DNA of 64,000 nt from Octopus vulgaris. Its lineage: Eukaryota. The notes below the pieces were generated by a model, which saw nothing but the letters and a program-made list of their open reading frames with translations, was not told where the DNA came from and made no database searches. The position numbers were made by a program, and so were the translations under genes. Location: NCBI GenBank assembly GCA_951406725.2, contig OX597823.1:51212001-51276000 (forward strand). Reading direction: 5' to 3'. Below are positions 39,321 to 52,641 of the stretch, piece by piece (the first letter of the stretch is position 1; each line of letters begins with the position of its first letter).

Positions 39321-40221
39321 AAAGTACTTATCGGTATTATGAGAGTAGATAGATACAGAAGGGATAGGTGCGTAGGTGAGTTTACACATATATAAACAGA
39401 TATGGAGATAGAAAGATATTTAAAGATATGCAAACAGCTATGTTGCTGAAATGAAATGAAAAGAAGTGGAAATAATCTCGATTGATAAATAACTTTGAGG
39501 CTTGGTGGCGTTGGACAATAATGTATGTAGTATTTTGTTTTGATACATATGAATAAATTTTATAACTTCAATTAATTTTTTATTTCCTTAAACAACAAAG
39601 CACATCATATATGTTGAACGTATCAAAAGATGGAAGATACGCAATACTTTCTAAGTCAATTTCAGTTATATCTGAAGTACAGTTTTGATGAAAAGGCACG
39701 ATTTCAAAAGTACTAGGTCGATTCGTTCCACTACAAATTCTTCCATGACGGACACAAGTTAAAGAATAAAAGAAAAATTTACTTCATAACCACTCATTGT
39801 CATACAAAAGCTTGTACCCTATAGTAAACCCTGCTACTGAAATTTGATGTTAAATTGAAGAGTTCCTATAATGTATTGTGTTGTAATATGAATAAAATCA
39901 AAACGGGTTTCTTAGACGATCATAGAAATTAAAATGAGAGAAAGAATGAGACAATATGATATTCATTACCTTTGGCGAAAGTAACTTGGGTGCAGCGTGG
40001 CCGAATGGTCAATATCACTTTTTTTTTTCGGGAAGTCTAGGTTCGATATCATTGCGTAGCATCTTGGAAAAATTGGTCACCTTCGCCGTTACCATAAACT
40101 CGTGTTGATGTAAGCCTTGTGAATAAAAGTGATTTAACGGAAAATGTATGAAAGCCCACTGGATATAGGTTTTTTGAGTATATCTACCGTGATCTAAAAC
40201 CTGATAACCTATCTTTTATGA

Positions 40222-40440
40222 TACTGATTTCAAAATTATGGCGCAGAGCTAGCAATTCTGTGGGAAAGATTAAGTCGATTACATCGACCCTAGTGTTTAA
40301 CTGATACGTTTTTGATTGACCCCGAAAAGCTGAAAGTGATAGTTGACCCTGACGGAATTTGAACTCAGAACGTAAAGTCGGACGAAATGCAACAAAACAT
40401 TTTGCCCAGCGCGGTAACGATTCTGCCAGTTCGCCGCCCT
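40222..40440 (-). mobile_element. SINE family B
   Basis: AAGTCGATTACATCGACCC...GAATTTGAACTCAGAACG...TTCTGCCAGTTCGCCGCC. Confidence 0.85.
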
Positions 40441-42399
40441 GCTCTGTTTTAAGGTATTAATTTCTGAAATGAGGTAGATTTGTCTCAAATAGTGATAGTT
40501 CAAGAATATTTATATTTACAGATCACAATGAATATTTTCCTTCATATGTTTTTTGTTGATGTTGTGTTTGTTGTTCTTGTAGTTGTACTTGCAAAATAAT
40601 CCAGCTATAACCTCATGGTCTTTGTTTTTCAGTAACTGTATATATATCATGTTATACAATGAATCTTGTGCGGTATATCATTGCTATTTCTAGCAGATCG
40701 CATAACCCTGTGGAAGCTCTCTTTACGGTGCATACAGTAGCTTCTCTCGTTTGATATTGGTATAAGTAGAATGAACTAAGATTCATTTTCAGAGGAGTAT
40801 TTAATAAAATTGTTTGTTAGTATAAATGAATGTATATTATGTTGTAGCGATGTAGCGTGTGTTAGAAATTAGGAGGAAAAAAATTGATTTTTGAGTATTG
40901 TATAAAGTCAAAAGAAGGTCGTTGATGTCAAGCTGAGAGATCTATAAGGAAAAAGAAAAGGGGAAAAAATGAAGATCGAAAATCTGATTTATAGAAATCA
41001 GTGTTTATAACTAACACATGATCACTTCGTTAGCAGATATTGAAACTTAGACAAAATATATCATTATCTGAAAAGATTATATATACATGGCTATCAGTGG
41101 GAAATATCTTTAGAAAATAGCAGTGTGAAAAATTTTATTGCAAGAACCATTGTTTATGCAACATATCTTTTTTCATTGTGCTTCAGCCATTTATGTTGAT
41201 ATTTGCACAGATAATATAAACCTAACTGTCACTGTATTAGTTTTATAGACATACCTCCGGTGTTTTCTGCTTACAAAGTAAATATAATGAATCGATATTG
41301 TAAAGAGACACTTTCACATTCGGTTGCTGTATACAGATAAATAGCTTACTAAATAAACACATATGATGTATCTATCTTTAGAATATACATTTTAAATAGC
41401 TTTTAGAATGCATATGTTTCTGTACATTGTGAGAGATCTTTATAAAAATATGTAATATATTTAGGAAAATAAGAATTTTGCATACAAAACAACGTTGATT
41501 CTACTGACGGCTTTCTATAATTTTGATCGTATATCTGTGAATCTATATATTATCTGTGTATGTTTGTATGTATGAGTGAATATTTCTATGCATATATGTT
41601 TGCATACGTGCTTGCATGTGTGTATATACACACATATCTCTTTGTGTACATGTATGTAAGTACATGTGTGTGTATGTGTGTGTGTGTGTGTGTGTACGAG
41701 TGAGTGTGTGATTCTATCTAACGGTAGATTGAGCTATCGATCTATTGATCAGTTTATCACATTATTTTGTACATCTACACTAGTATATAGCAATGCTTCA
41801 GGTTTCTTGACTAACTATGTGCAACGATAGATGGAGTCAGAACTGTACACATCTAACGATCTAAGTATACGTACCATTGTTATCTGAATAAAGCTTGACT
41901 GTAAGGTAGCTGTATTACTATTATTTCTACGGTCGTAAATGAGTAAATACATAAATATACTTCGAAAAAGTTGTAGACGCTTATTCACTATATGATGGCG
42001 GAAAGAGTGTCGATTTTTTCAGATAACGGCTTTGCACTGATTACACCATAAACTAGCAAATTTGTTAGTTGAAGGCACTCTTTCCTTTATGTTATTGTTG
42101 TGGTGGTTCCGCTCCCGGTAAACCACGATTGCGCAAACCTATGATGAAAGGCGTTGCAACCATAACTAAATTTCTTGTTAAACATCAGGCGCTATTTTAT
42201 CCAATGTGATCTTTATTTTTAAGACTATAGAGTGGGATTTAAGAGAGATTTGATTACGGTTCCTAGCCAGTCTACTTTTATGTTGATGGTTATCTCATTC
42301 TTTATGATATACATTTATAAAGCGTGAGATTACCGCTTATAGTGATACAGTTGTAGTACTTAACAACATGGTTAAATACTGACACGGTATCAGTGATCA

Positions 42400-44450
42400 A
42401 ATAACATCGATGATATTCAGTTCAGTATATCACATTTTTGTTTTCCTCATCAAGGAAAGTTGATGTGAATATGCCATGCTCTATTTGTACTCTTTTACTT
42501 GTTTCAGTCATTTGACTGCGGCCATGCTGGAGCACCGCCGTTAGTCGAGCAAATCAGCCCCAGGACTTATTCTTTGTAAACCTAGTATTTATTCTATCGG
42601 TCTCTTTTTCCGAACTGCTAAGCTACGGGGACGTAAACACACCAGCATCGGTTGTCAAGCGATGTTGGGGGGGGGGGACAAACGCAGACACACAAACATG
42701 CACACATATATCTCTCTTTTTACTCTCTTTTACTTGTTTCAGTCATTTGACTGTGGCCATACTGTATCACCGCCTTTAGTCGAGCAAGTCGACCTCAGGA
42801 CTTATTCTTTGTAAATCTAGTACTTATTCTATTGGTCTCTTTTGCCGAACCGCTAAGTTACGGGGACATAAACACACCAACGGTTGTCAAGTGATGTTGG
42901 GGGGACAAACACAGACACACAAATATATACACACACATACATATACATATACATATATACGACGGGCTTCTTTCAGTTTCCGTCTACCAGATCCACTCAC
43001 AAGGCTTTGGTCGGCGCAAGACTATAGTAGAAGAGACTTGCCCAAGGTGGCACGCAGTGGGACTGAACCCGGAGCCATGTGGTTGGTAAGCAAGCTACTT
43101 ATCACACAGCCGGTTAATGACATAATGAAGTCATTGAAGCTTAAAAACCTATTTAAAACAGTGTCAATCAATTTTACGGCAAAAAGACGAAATTTATTCG
43201 AAACATCTACTATCAGGTTTCAAATGAGACTTTTAATCTCACCGAAGTCATTTACGGGGGAAAATATTTTAATACAGCGCAGATGTCGTATTTTGTTGCG
43301 AAAAGCTTCACATTATCAGCGATCGACTTATTGCCCAGATGCTAAAGAAATTTAGCAAATTGTTCTTGCTAAAATATATTTTTCTTTCAAACGACACTGT
43401 ATGCTGGCAGATAAGTCAGATGCTATAGAATATCGGAAGAAAAAGGTTCTGCGTCCTTTTTCTATATCAGTTGTTGTGTCGGCTGATATTGCTCATTGCT
43501 ACCGGTTTCTGATCTTTGTATACGACGTACATTCAGCGGAAATATTAAAAATGATGTCCTTCTTTGCTAAGTTCTTCTGACCAGGAGCAAAGCTGCTGAT
43601 GTCTGAAATTGTTGATCAAATTTTCAACATGAATGATATGGAATCATCGCGGCAAGTGCATCTTCCAAAAGGGAATTCCAAAACGTTTTTGGGAAAGAGA
43701 TCTACTCGAGCAACGTGTATTCATTGAAACGAACACAGCGTATATCTTTCACTACATTACGGAATAGTTTGAATAATATGACGAAAGGAATAATTAAAGT
43801 AGTTAATTATACCAAATCTTCAGCTGTAGGTATAAGGCTTTTTACAAGTCTATCGAGATATGGGATCTGAATGCAAGGCTTTACTTTTTATAGATCAGTT
43901 AAACGACATTTCCCTGGAAATGGCCTTAAGTGGGTTTTCAATTTAAGAGAGAATTTAAGAGTCTGCTTTCAGATTCAGGAAGAGAAATAACCATGAAGAC
44001 TGTTAGTAAAGTCTTCTTTGGATGCAGGATGTTTTAGGTGGCATTCTTGTAGAATTAGCTGATTTGAATCTTTCTTTGCAAGTAAGAGTGGAAATCTTAT
44101 AACATGTGAACAGAAATATCAAATCATTCTTCGACAATTTGTTTATTCAATTTGAAAGGGTACAAAGGGGAGCTACATTCAATTTTTTTTTTTTCAAAAT
44201 AAGTTACAAGATTGAAAAACCTCGAAATATCGAGAAAGAGCTTGTCCAGTTTCTTTTATTAAAGTTGACGGAAGAGTTTCAACACAATTTTCCAGAGGCA
44301 TTTCAAGAGAACACCCCGGTAATCCTCCCAACAAATTAGACAAACTTCCTCAGTTGGATCCACAGGAACTTTGAGAACTAAAGGATGAGTATACCCTACA
44401 TATTCCTATTAAAAATTCTTCGTCAGTCTAAAGCGTTTTGGACCATTATC
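42400..44450 (+). pseudogene. Decayed hAT (Charlie/Buster, ZBED5-like) transposase, interrupted by SINEs at 42488-43111
   Basis: Colinear motifs with stops and frameshifts: PCSIC; NDIMKSLKLK; FLSNDTVCWQISQM; PFSISVVVSADIAHCYRFLIFV; IIKVVNYTKSSAVGIRLF; DMGSECKALLF; GNGLKWVFNLREN; LKLTEEFQHNFPE; QEL*ELKDEYTL. Confidence 0.85.
42488..43111 (-). mobile_element. Tandem SINE family A: 3' half (42488-42710) plus near-full copy (42717-43111)
   Basis: Two successive TACTCTTTTACTTGTTTCAGTCATTTGACTG tails; head at about 43111. Confidence 0.9.
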
Positions 44451-44629
44451 AGAGCTGTTTTTTTCTGTTTGTATGTTCGCATGTGTGTGCGTCAGTGTGC
44501 ATGTATATGCACGTACGTATTTATGTGTGTACACACTGATGCATACACATACATAAACATGTATACATAATACACATACATATGTGTATACATGTGTGCA
44601 GTGGCGCACACATATGCGAACAAACAAAT

Positions 44630-44785
44630 AAACAAGCAAAAAGAACGTAGGTCTGATAACAAGCAAAAAGAACGTAGGTCCAACCGAAGGGTTTGGAAGG
44701 CACAACGAGAATTTTAGAAAAACTAAATAAGTACATGCGTGGAAATCGAACTGGTGAGTGTGTTAAGTAATAAGGAACTAAATTG
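44630..44785 (+). mobile_element. Fragment of the 5844-6369 / 56910-57080 family, with a short tandem duplication
   Basis: CAACGAGAATTTTAG...GTGGAAATCGAACTGGTGAGTGTGTTAA; AACAAGCAAAAAGAACGTAGGTC occurs twice. Confidence 0.65.
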
Positions 44786-45161
44786 CGAGGATGATCCGGT
44801 TCTTGACTGAAGATTGAAGGCTTCGAATGTCCCGTCTGTGTTTTTTGTATCGTCTTCTAAATGTTTTGCGTTCTTGTCCCAGTTTGTATTTTCTTTTACA
44901 TATATATATATATATATATATATAGCGGCGCCCGTACCCCTTTGGTCTTATATATATATATTGTCACAATGGGGATATTTAAGCTTCTTATTGGGATATT
45001 AATCCAAGATACACTGGTTCAATGTATTAAATTTTGAAGAGATATTTCCTCAATGAATATATAATATAATATATCGTAAAATATCAAACATTATTATCGA
45101 GTGAGAAAATAATAGAGAGATCTAATAGATGCAAATTAATTTATTAATTAATCAATATATT

Positions 45162-45266
45162 CACCTACAATTGTTTCATTTCTCAAACAAAATTAAAATT
45201 ACAAAACCTATATATAAATATATGATTTTGCATGTTAAATACCTTGTATGGAAAATCATCAGGGTG
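45162..45266 (-). ncRNA. Type I hammerhead motif (left arm)
   Basis: Minus strand CACC-CTGATGA-TTTTC...GAAAT-GAAAC-AATT-GTA-GGTG. Confidence 0.75.
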
Positions 45267-45322
45267 TACAAAGTACAATAAGGATTACATTAGGATGCGT
45301 TTGCAATCTGCAGAATATAGTA

Positions 45323-45422
45323 CACCCTGATGATTTTCCATACAAGGTGTTTAAAAAGCAAAATTATATATTTGTATTTTTGTAACTATAATTTTGTTTG
45401 TGAAATGAAACAGTTGTAGGTG
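45323..45422 (+). ncRNA. Type I hammerhead motif (right arm)
   Basis: CACC-CTGATGA (45327-45333)-TTTTC...GAAAT-GAAAC-AGTT-GTA-GGTG; long loop 2. Confidence 0.75.
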
Positions 45423-45483
45423 AATATGTCGATTAATTAATAAATAAATTCCTATCCATTAGATCTCTCCATTTTCTAACTAG

Positions 45484-45543
<60 letters not shown>

Positions 45544-45736
45544 TTAATAATAATAATAATAATATTAATAACAACAATAATAATAATAATAATATGTGTG
45601 TGTATGTGTACAAAAGAGAAATTCTGTCCGTTTATTTTCCCTCCAAAATGAAAGTAAATGGTTTAAGGAAAACTATTATGCATTTTATTCTTACATATCT
45701 TAGCATTTGTATATGTATATATATATATATATATAT

Positions 45737-45850
45737 AAGAAGGAATGAGGTACTCAGAAATCTGGATGGTTTTATATTTACAGATATTTATTAGTATGTT
45801 ACATGTTTTTATAAATCATATATCATACATTAGCGCTTTCGTCCCCTCTA
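45737..45850 (-). mobile_element. pLTR-like fragment carrying only the hammerhead 3' half
   Basis: Minus strand GGGAC-GAAA-GCGC-TA-ATG (45846-45828), ending in (TA)n; no CUGANGA found. Confidence 0.4.
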
Positions 45851-46560
45851 GTGGAGTTGTTAAATTGAACTTTTGCAGGAATTTTGTCTTTTTATAGTAT
45901 TATCGAGTGTGTAGGGGTGGGGAGAGATAACATAGTACAAGAGGGTGAGGAATGGGGAGAAAGTGAGAGCGTGCGCGTGTCAGTGTACGTGTATGAGTGT
46001 GTGTGTGTTTTTGTATCTGAAAGTGGTGTTAGAGAAAAAGAGAAGGAAAGGAAGAAGAAGGAGAGAAACAAGAAAATATTTCTTAATATCTTTGTAGCTG
46101 GTCAGTCTTTCAATAGTAAATGATGCTTGGCTTTTAGAAATGGTGACACCGTCGTCGTTCCTCGCATACCAGTAATACCAGTTTCTGGAGAGTTTACATC
46201 TTTTCTTTGCTGGCGTATTACTTTCAATATTGTAAACCAAAAATTATGCACATAAAGGAAATTATACAGCAATCTCTCTTATTGTAAGCAGTTGTATGCA
46301 TGTATTATATAATTGCCCTTACTGTATTAATAAATAAAATATCACATACAACTCATCTATTATTGTCTTATAATAAACTAACAGAAGTTCATGTATTAAG
46401 CTGAACTTTTTTCTACTGCAATTATTACATATTTTTCTCGTATAAACATACGCACATACAGGAGGAGTAAATTACATACATATATATAATAATACTTTGA
46501 AATGTTGTTCCCGAGAAACAGCAAAAGTAATTATTCGATCAAAGACGGGTATTAATGCTA

Positions 46561-46598
<38 letters not shown>

Positions 46599-46706
46599 GT
46601 AAGGGTGCATACCGTTGCCTTGTGTGCATGTATTACTTGTATCCCTAATATGTCTATTGAAAGCGACATATAGAAGATCTATTGTTGTAAGATTTGTATG
46701 TGTTTG

Positions 46707-46707
<1 letters not shown>

Positions 46708-46739
<32 letters not shown>

Positions 46740-46820
46740 GTCTATCTATCTATCTATCTACCTATCAATCAATCTATCTATCTATCTACCTATCAATCTA
46801 TCTATCTATCTCTCTATCTC

Positions 46821-46852
<32 letters not shown>

Positions 46853-47025
46853 CCTATCTATCTATCTATCTATTTATCTGTGTTTATCCACACACACATA
46901 CATATATATGCATATATATGTATATAATGTATATACATTTGTGTGCATATAAATATATCTATGTATTTATATACATGTCTATATATATATATATATTTGT
47001 ATATATATATATGTATATATATATG

Positions 47026-47065
<40 letters not shown>

Positions 47066-47100
47066 TGTGTGTTTGTGTGTGTATGTGTGTGTGTCTGTGT
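46708..47100. repeat. (TATC)n/(TA)n/(TG)n compound microsatellite
   Basis: Read directly. Confidence 0.95.
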
Positions 47101-47252
47101 GCATGTGTAGCTATTCAATAATTCATATATGGCCTATTGTAAGATCTACAACATTTCGCAATAAGCCATTAATGTTATCCTTGTTGATAAATGTCTATTT
47201 CCTATTTACCGTATCAGCTTGGCACTAATACCATCTACTGAATGAAAAAGGA

Positions 47253-47440
<188 letters not shown>

Positions 47441-47925
47441 TCCTCGTCTGAATATTCTATTACATTTGTTAGCAATTTATTCCAGCCCTATGGGATCTAT
47501 TTTTTCTGCCGAAAGGGATTTTAGTAAACCATCGATATCTTTTACTAATTGCCATCTATAGCATTCCTACATGAATGCAATAAAAACTAAACTCAATAAA
47601 ACAAATTAGAGGATCAATAAGAAAGAAATGAAATAAAAGAACGACCAAAATAAGGAACTGAAAATATAAGCAAAACAGTTAAAACAAATTGGGGACAAAT
47701 ACACTCGCGTTGATTTTTGCAAAATAATCCCCTATATTCCTGTCAACTGACCAGCCAGTTTCTGTCATCTCTGTAATTGTTCTGACATGACAGTTTTCTC
47801 TCTGAAGATCCATGACTAGTTCCTGAAATCTAAGACTGGCAAGTTAAGCTGCTGGTCAAGACATCATAGGAGAAGGGACTACTTAGTAATATTAGACAAC
47901 ACACAATTGATTCAGTTATGTTTAC

Positions 47926-48138
47926 TTAAATTCCTGGAGAAATATTTTCCTCATTGACGTCTACGATTGAAAATTTCGTCCTCTCTCTTCGCTGGAGGTT
48001 AAAGGGTTGTTCTTCTTTATGACTACTAAAGCCGAGGTTCAATGAATAATTGGGAAGATTTTCTGAAAATGCACATTGCTTTAAACTATTAACCTTGAAG
48101 TTTGCTGGAACAAAAACAGATTTTTCCGTTAAGAGCAA
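47926..48138 (-). CDS. Candidate coding exon of an unknown gene
   Basis: Strong acceptor TTTCTGTTTTTGTTTTGCCATAG directly before a 70-codon open frame ending TAA|GTAAAC; no family recognised. Confidence 0.2.
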   Translation of the reverse strand: MLLTEKSVFVPANFKVNSLKQCAFSENLPNYSLNLGFSSHKEEQPFNLQRRERTKFSIVDVNEENISPGI

Positions 48139-49140
48139 CTATGGCAAAACAAAAACAGAAATAAAAACATTTAAAAAATAGATTAGCGAAAAGATCAGTG
48201 ATCGTAGTCAGCAGAGATCAGGTTTTTACAAATAACTCACTGTTAATCTTGGGTTAGGGTGGGTAAAAACATTAAGTTGATTTGACAGTGAATCAATGAG
48301 AGTGTGTATATGCAAAGCCGAAGAAAGATAATCCGTTGCATTTGTTACAAAGAGCAGACGATAGAAATTAAAGAAGAAATTCGCACTAAAAATATCCCTC
48401 GTTTATACGCTCCAATAAGCAATGGCTCAGAAGATATTCCCGATAAAAATAGTTAGAATATCAACACATCATTTTCATTCGACGTGGCACAAAAAGAGTT
48501 GCATTTCAGCGGCGATAGTGGTAGTGGTCTTAATGATGGCGTAATGCTGCCGCTGCTGCGTTTGATGTGAATCGAAGAAAAAGAAGAGACACACAGATTT
48601 TATAATTAGATCCTGTTAACATTTTATATTCATTAATAGTTTCATAAAAATAGCTTTAGTCGCAAAGGTATAGCGTCAAAGAGATAGTCGAGATGTACGA
48701 CATATCATTGCCATTTATATTAAACGCACAAAATTACACGCACATGCACACACACTCATGCACACACATACACACACACACACACAGACAGAAACACAAA
48801 CACACACACACACACACGCACGCACGTACATTTAATATTAATAGTGCCTGTTTACGCCCAAGTTCTGCCGTTAAAAGTGACTTTCGAAAACAGGCTGTTT
48901 TGAGAATCCAGTTTAAAGGTGAAACTTCTAAGTTTTGCAGTCATATAATATGAAATATTATTTCAACTCTTCGAAAAGTATTTCACTTCTTTCAGGCTAT
49001 GCTTAGCATATCAATAAGAGAAACCCATTTGATGACCAGTTGTACATACATACATGCATTCATATATAGATACATCATTCATACTTACATACGATTGATT
49101 CTTACATACGCGCATATATATATTTATGTATTTGTGTATG

Positions 49141-49179
<39 letters not shown>

Positions 49180-49630
49180 AATATGTATATTATATATATT
49201 TAATTATATATTATATATATTTAATAAAAAAAAATATATATATATAAAAATATATAAAAATTTATAAATATAAATTAATAATTTCAATTTTATTTTTATG
49301 TTTTGGTTTATGTTTTTCAGTTTGATTTGCCTAATAGTGGTTTTATCACTAATTTAATTTATATATATATATATATATTGGAGATTAATTTGCATGAAGT
49401 AGTGACTGATATATATATATACAAAATTTAAAGGACTGACCACTAAAAGTGGACGGTTAATATGCTAGATATAGACGTCAAAATCGCTATTTCCCACGAA
49501 GAATGTGTTCTCAAATATATATATATATAAAATTTTTAATTTATCATGAATCCAAAACAATGTAAATTGTAAGAAATAATGCAAGCCAATGTTTTCTACT
49601 TATAGCTTATTTTTAATATTTTGTTGTTAG

Positions 49631-49734
49631 GACTCTTTCCTCAAGAAATCTTTGAACCGTACAGAACTGTACAGAGCAGAGAAGATCCCCCGAAATATGA
49701 GATGTCTAATCCGGAGAGGCTGGTGTTCCGATAA
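49631..49734 (+). CDS. Candidate short terminal exon
   Basis: Acceptor TTTTGTTGTTAG, then LFPQEIFEPYRTVQSREDPPKYEMSNPERLVFR* (contains a PPxY motif). Confidence 0.15.
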
Positions 49735-50393
49735 AAGCATGTTACCCATGTGTTTAGATTTACAAAAAAAAAAAAAAAATTTGGATATGAATTAAGTAGG
49801 GCCATAGAGTTCTTGGTTCTACAGAGGATTTGACATCTCATTTGTTTGATCCGTGTACATATGGTGTGAATTGCTCCACGATGCTCCACATGATTGCATG
49901 TGGTGTACAGTTGGTCATCAGATCCATATATATGGATAGCCACAACTTTGTGGCTTTATTTTTGCTCATGTTTTAGAAGGCGGTGAGACTGGCGATTTGC
50001 TTTTTTTTAAAGTTACTTTCACATAAACCAACGAAACTTTTGCTTTATTTTTCCACATTTGCAGCATTGGTGTGAGAGCTTGGCTTTATAAACCACTGAC
50101 TTTATCAAAAACACCTCAACGAGTGAGCAAGCCTCAGGGTTTCAATAGTTATAAATTGGAGTGGGCCGTTGGTGTGGCATACAAGTGATAATGTCTTTCA
50201 TATTGAGGCAACAGCTGCGTGGGTTACTCAAGGATACGCTTGAAGAACAAACATTTTTAGGATATCATGCAGTCAGATCGAATTCCAGGCTTCTTGATTG
50301 CAAAGCAAATATATAAATCATTCTGTCACACATGTGTTCCCTCCACCATCATACTCACACACGTGTTATGAATAATTAGGTTCAAGATTTAAC

Positions 50394-50724
50394 CCCCTTC
50401 GGTCATGACACAGAGCATGGGATTGCACCTAGAAAGTTACCCGCCCTGCACAAGTTCGGGTAAGGTTGTTTATGGAAGACTAGCAGTCGCCCATCCATAC
50501 CGGCCTCCTCCCTCCACGCCACCAGTGTTACCAAGGGAAAGGCAAAGGCCGATACAGCTTGGCACCTGTGACGTCGCAACTCATTTCTACAGCTGAGTGA
50601 ACTGGAGCAACGTGAAATAAAGTGTCTTGCTCAAGAACACAACACTCAGCCTGGTTCGGGATTCGAGCTCATAACCTCACGATCGTACGCCCTCCGCTCT
50701 AACCACTGAGCCATGCACCTTCAC
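50394..50724 (-). mobile_element. SINE family C, tail type 3, full length
   Basis: Minus head GAAGGTGCATGGCTCAGTGGTTAG, GCTCGAATCCC, TTGTGTTCTTGAGCAAGACAC; tail ending CATGACCGAAGGGGG. Confidence 0.9.
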
Positions 50725-50807
50725 AATTAAATTACTATTATGACTTAATAGCTACACCTTTTGTTTCCATTTCATGATTACTTCTGAGAAAACTACGACA
50801 TCAAAGA

Positions 50808-51025
50808 AGGCGGCGAGATGGTAGAATCGTTAGCACGTTGGGCAAAATGCTTAGCGGCACTTCATCCGCCTTTGCGTTCTGAGCTCAAATTCTGCCAAGG
50901 TTGACTTTGTCTTTTATCCTTTCGTGGTTGATAAAAGAAGTACCAGCTGAGCACTAGGTTTGATGTAATCAACTTACCCCTCCACTGAAATTGCTGGCCT
51001 TGTGCCGAAATTTGAAGCCAATATT
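50808..51025 (+). mobile_element. SINE family B, full length
   Basis: AAGGCGGCGAGATGGTAGAATCGTTAGC...TTGCTGGCCTTGTGCCGAAATTTGAAG. Confidence 0.9.
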
Positions 51026-52550
51026 AAGAAACCATATAGAATTCGTGTGACTTTATTTTCTACTTCAGATAGTATCTGAAATTAGCGAAAACTGTCGGAA
51101 ACAAACGAACATGGAACTTATGCAAGCTAGAGAACGATTCTGTTAATACTACGCTAAGCTATTGAGTCTATTTATCACATTATATAAATATTTGTATCTT
51201 GATTAGGTACAAGTCTAGTATTTTACGGATATGATCCAGTCAACTGATGCGATTCTCGTATTACGGGAATTCCTTTCATCATCTACAAAAGTATACGCAG
51301 TTTTGTTGCTGTTGTTGTTGTTGTATCAGTCATAAGGCTAAATTATATAGAAGAATTTAGTCGACCGAGTAGGCACCAGTAAATTTATTAATGGCACGTA
51401 TTTTATCGATGCCGACAAGATTTGCCTCATAACATAGTGCGACTGAAGTAACAGCTATAGCGTTTTTAGTTCGGTGTTCCGCACTCGCTTCCTTCTCCAT
51501 ATCCATGAGATAACTAAACATTGATTAATTGACTTGGTAATGAATGTTACGAATTTTCTTATATTCATTCCCTTATTTGTGTTTGTTTGTAGGTATTACT
51601 CTTATTAACGCTCACACGTTATTCTTAAGATGTACACCACGACTTGGTTTGTATAGTTATTTCTTATACATAATGTAACATTCCACTAGATTCTTCAATG
51701 AATATTACTGATGAAGATTAAGATGCTTCATTAGACAACTAGGTCAATCATACGACAAAACTGTTCTGAGCATCATAGAATAGCATTATCAATTTCGCAT
51801 GAAGTAACGTGGATATCTGTTCATTCTTGAAATCATTACGCCACCACTAAAGAACTTGATGTACATTGAAGAGAGTATTTATAAGGTCATCAATACACGA
51901 TATGAGCTGAAAATGTGCTGTTTATCCGACCTTTCATGCCAAGACGATATAAGATAACAATAGATTCGCATATCAAAGCTAGTATTCATTCGGTTTCTTC
52001 AAATTTTGTGTCATCTTTTATCGCAGGAAATTGTAAGGTGCAAAAGTCACAGAAGCGTGTTCACATACAACATTAGCAGTGAAACAATAACTCATATACA
52101 CTATTCACGCTCCTACTTCTCTATGTATTCCTTGCTATTTTTCTCTACTTCTCTTTCACTTTCTCTTCTCCATTTTCTCTTCCTCGGCGTTTCCAAAACA
52201 TTTACCTTTATCTCCTTTGCTGTCTTTTGATTTCTCCTTTAGGTCTTGTTCAGATTCCTTACTACGACATAAGAGAAGAGAAGAAAATTCCCATCAGGCT
52301 GAGCAGTGAATTTCTTAAAGCATTTCCAGGCATTGCACATATTTCCCGTTGCTTTAACGACGTTCTTGATTAATAAAGAAATTTCAATCTATCTTTACTT
52401 TTCGATGTTGCTGTGAATTTATGGTTGTCGCCCAAGAAATCTACTTTCAAACGTAAAATTATAGTCCAAAATAAATAAATCTCAATATATACCACACTGT
52501 CTTAAGCTGCTTTTCATGTTTCAACATCTTACACCTGTTTGTCTCTCTCG

Positions 52551-52589
<39 letters not shown>

Positions 52590-52606
52590 GCACGGGTGCG
52601 CGTGCG

Positions 52607-52641
<35 letters not shown>

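Larger units (their letters stand above)
45091..45490. mobile_element. Fold-back element with two outward-facing hammerheads
   Basis: Diverged inverted arms of about 175 bp around a spacer at about 45270-45319; right end runs into (AAT)n at 45484-45593. Confidence 0.8.

Noticed and set aside
44800-44840. CTGAAGATTGAAGGCTTCGAATGTC hammerhead-like string
   Set aside because: GAAA core broken and stems implausible; at best a decayed copy
47797-47838. CTGAAGA...GAAATCTAAGA string
   Set aside because: Stem II does not pair
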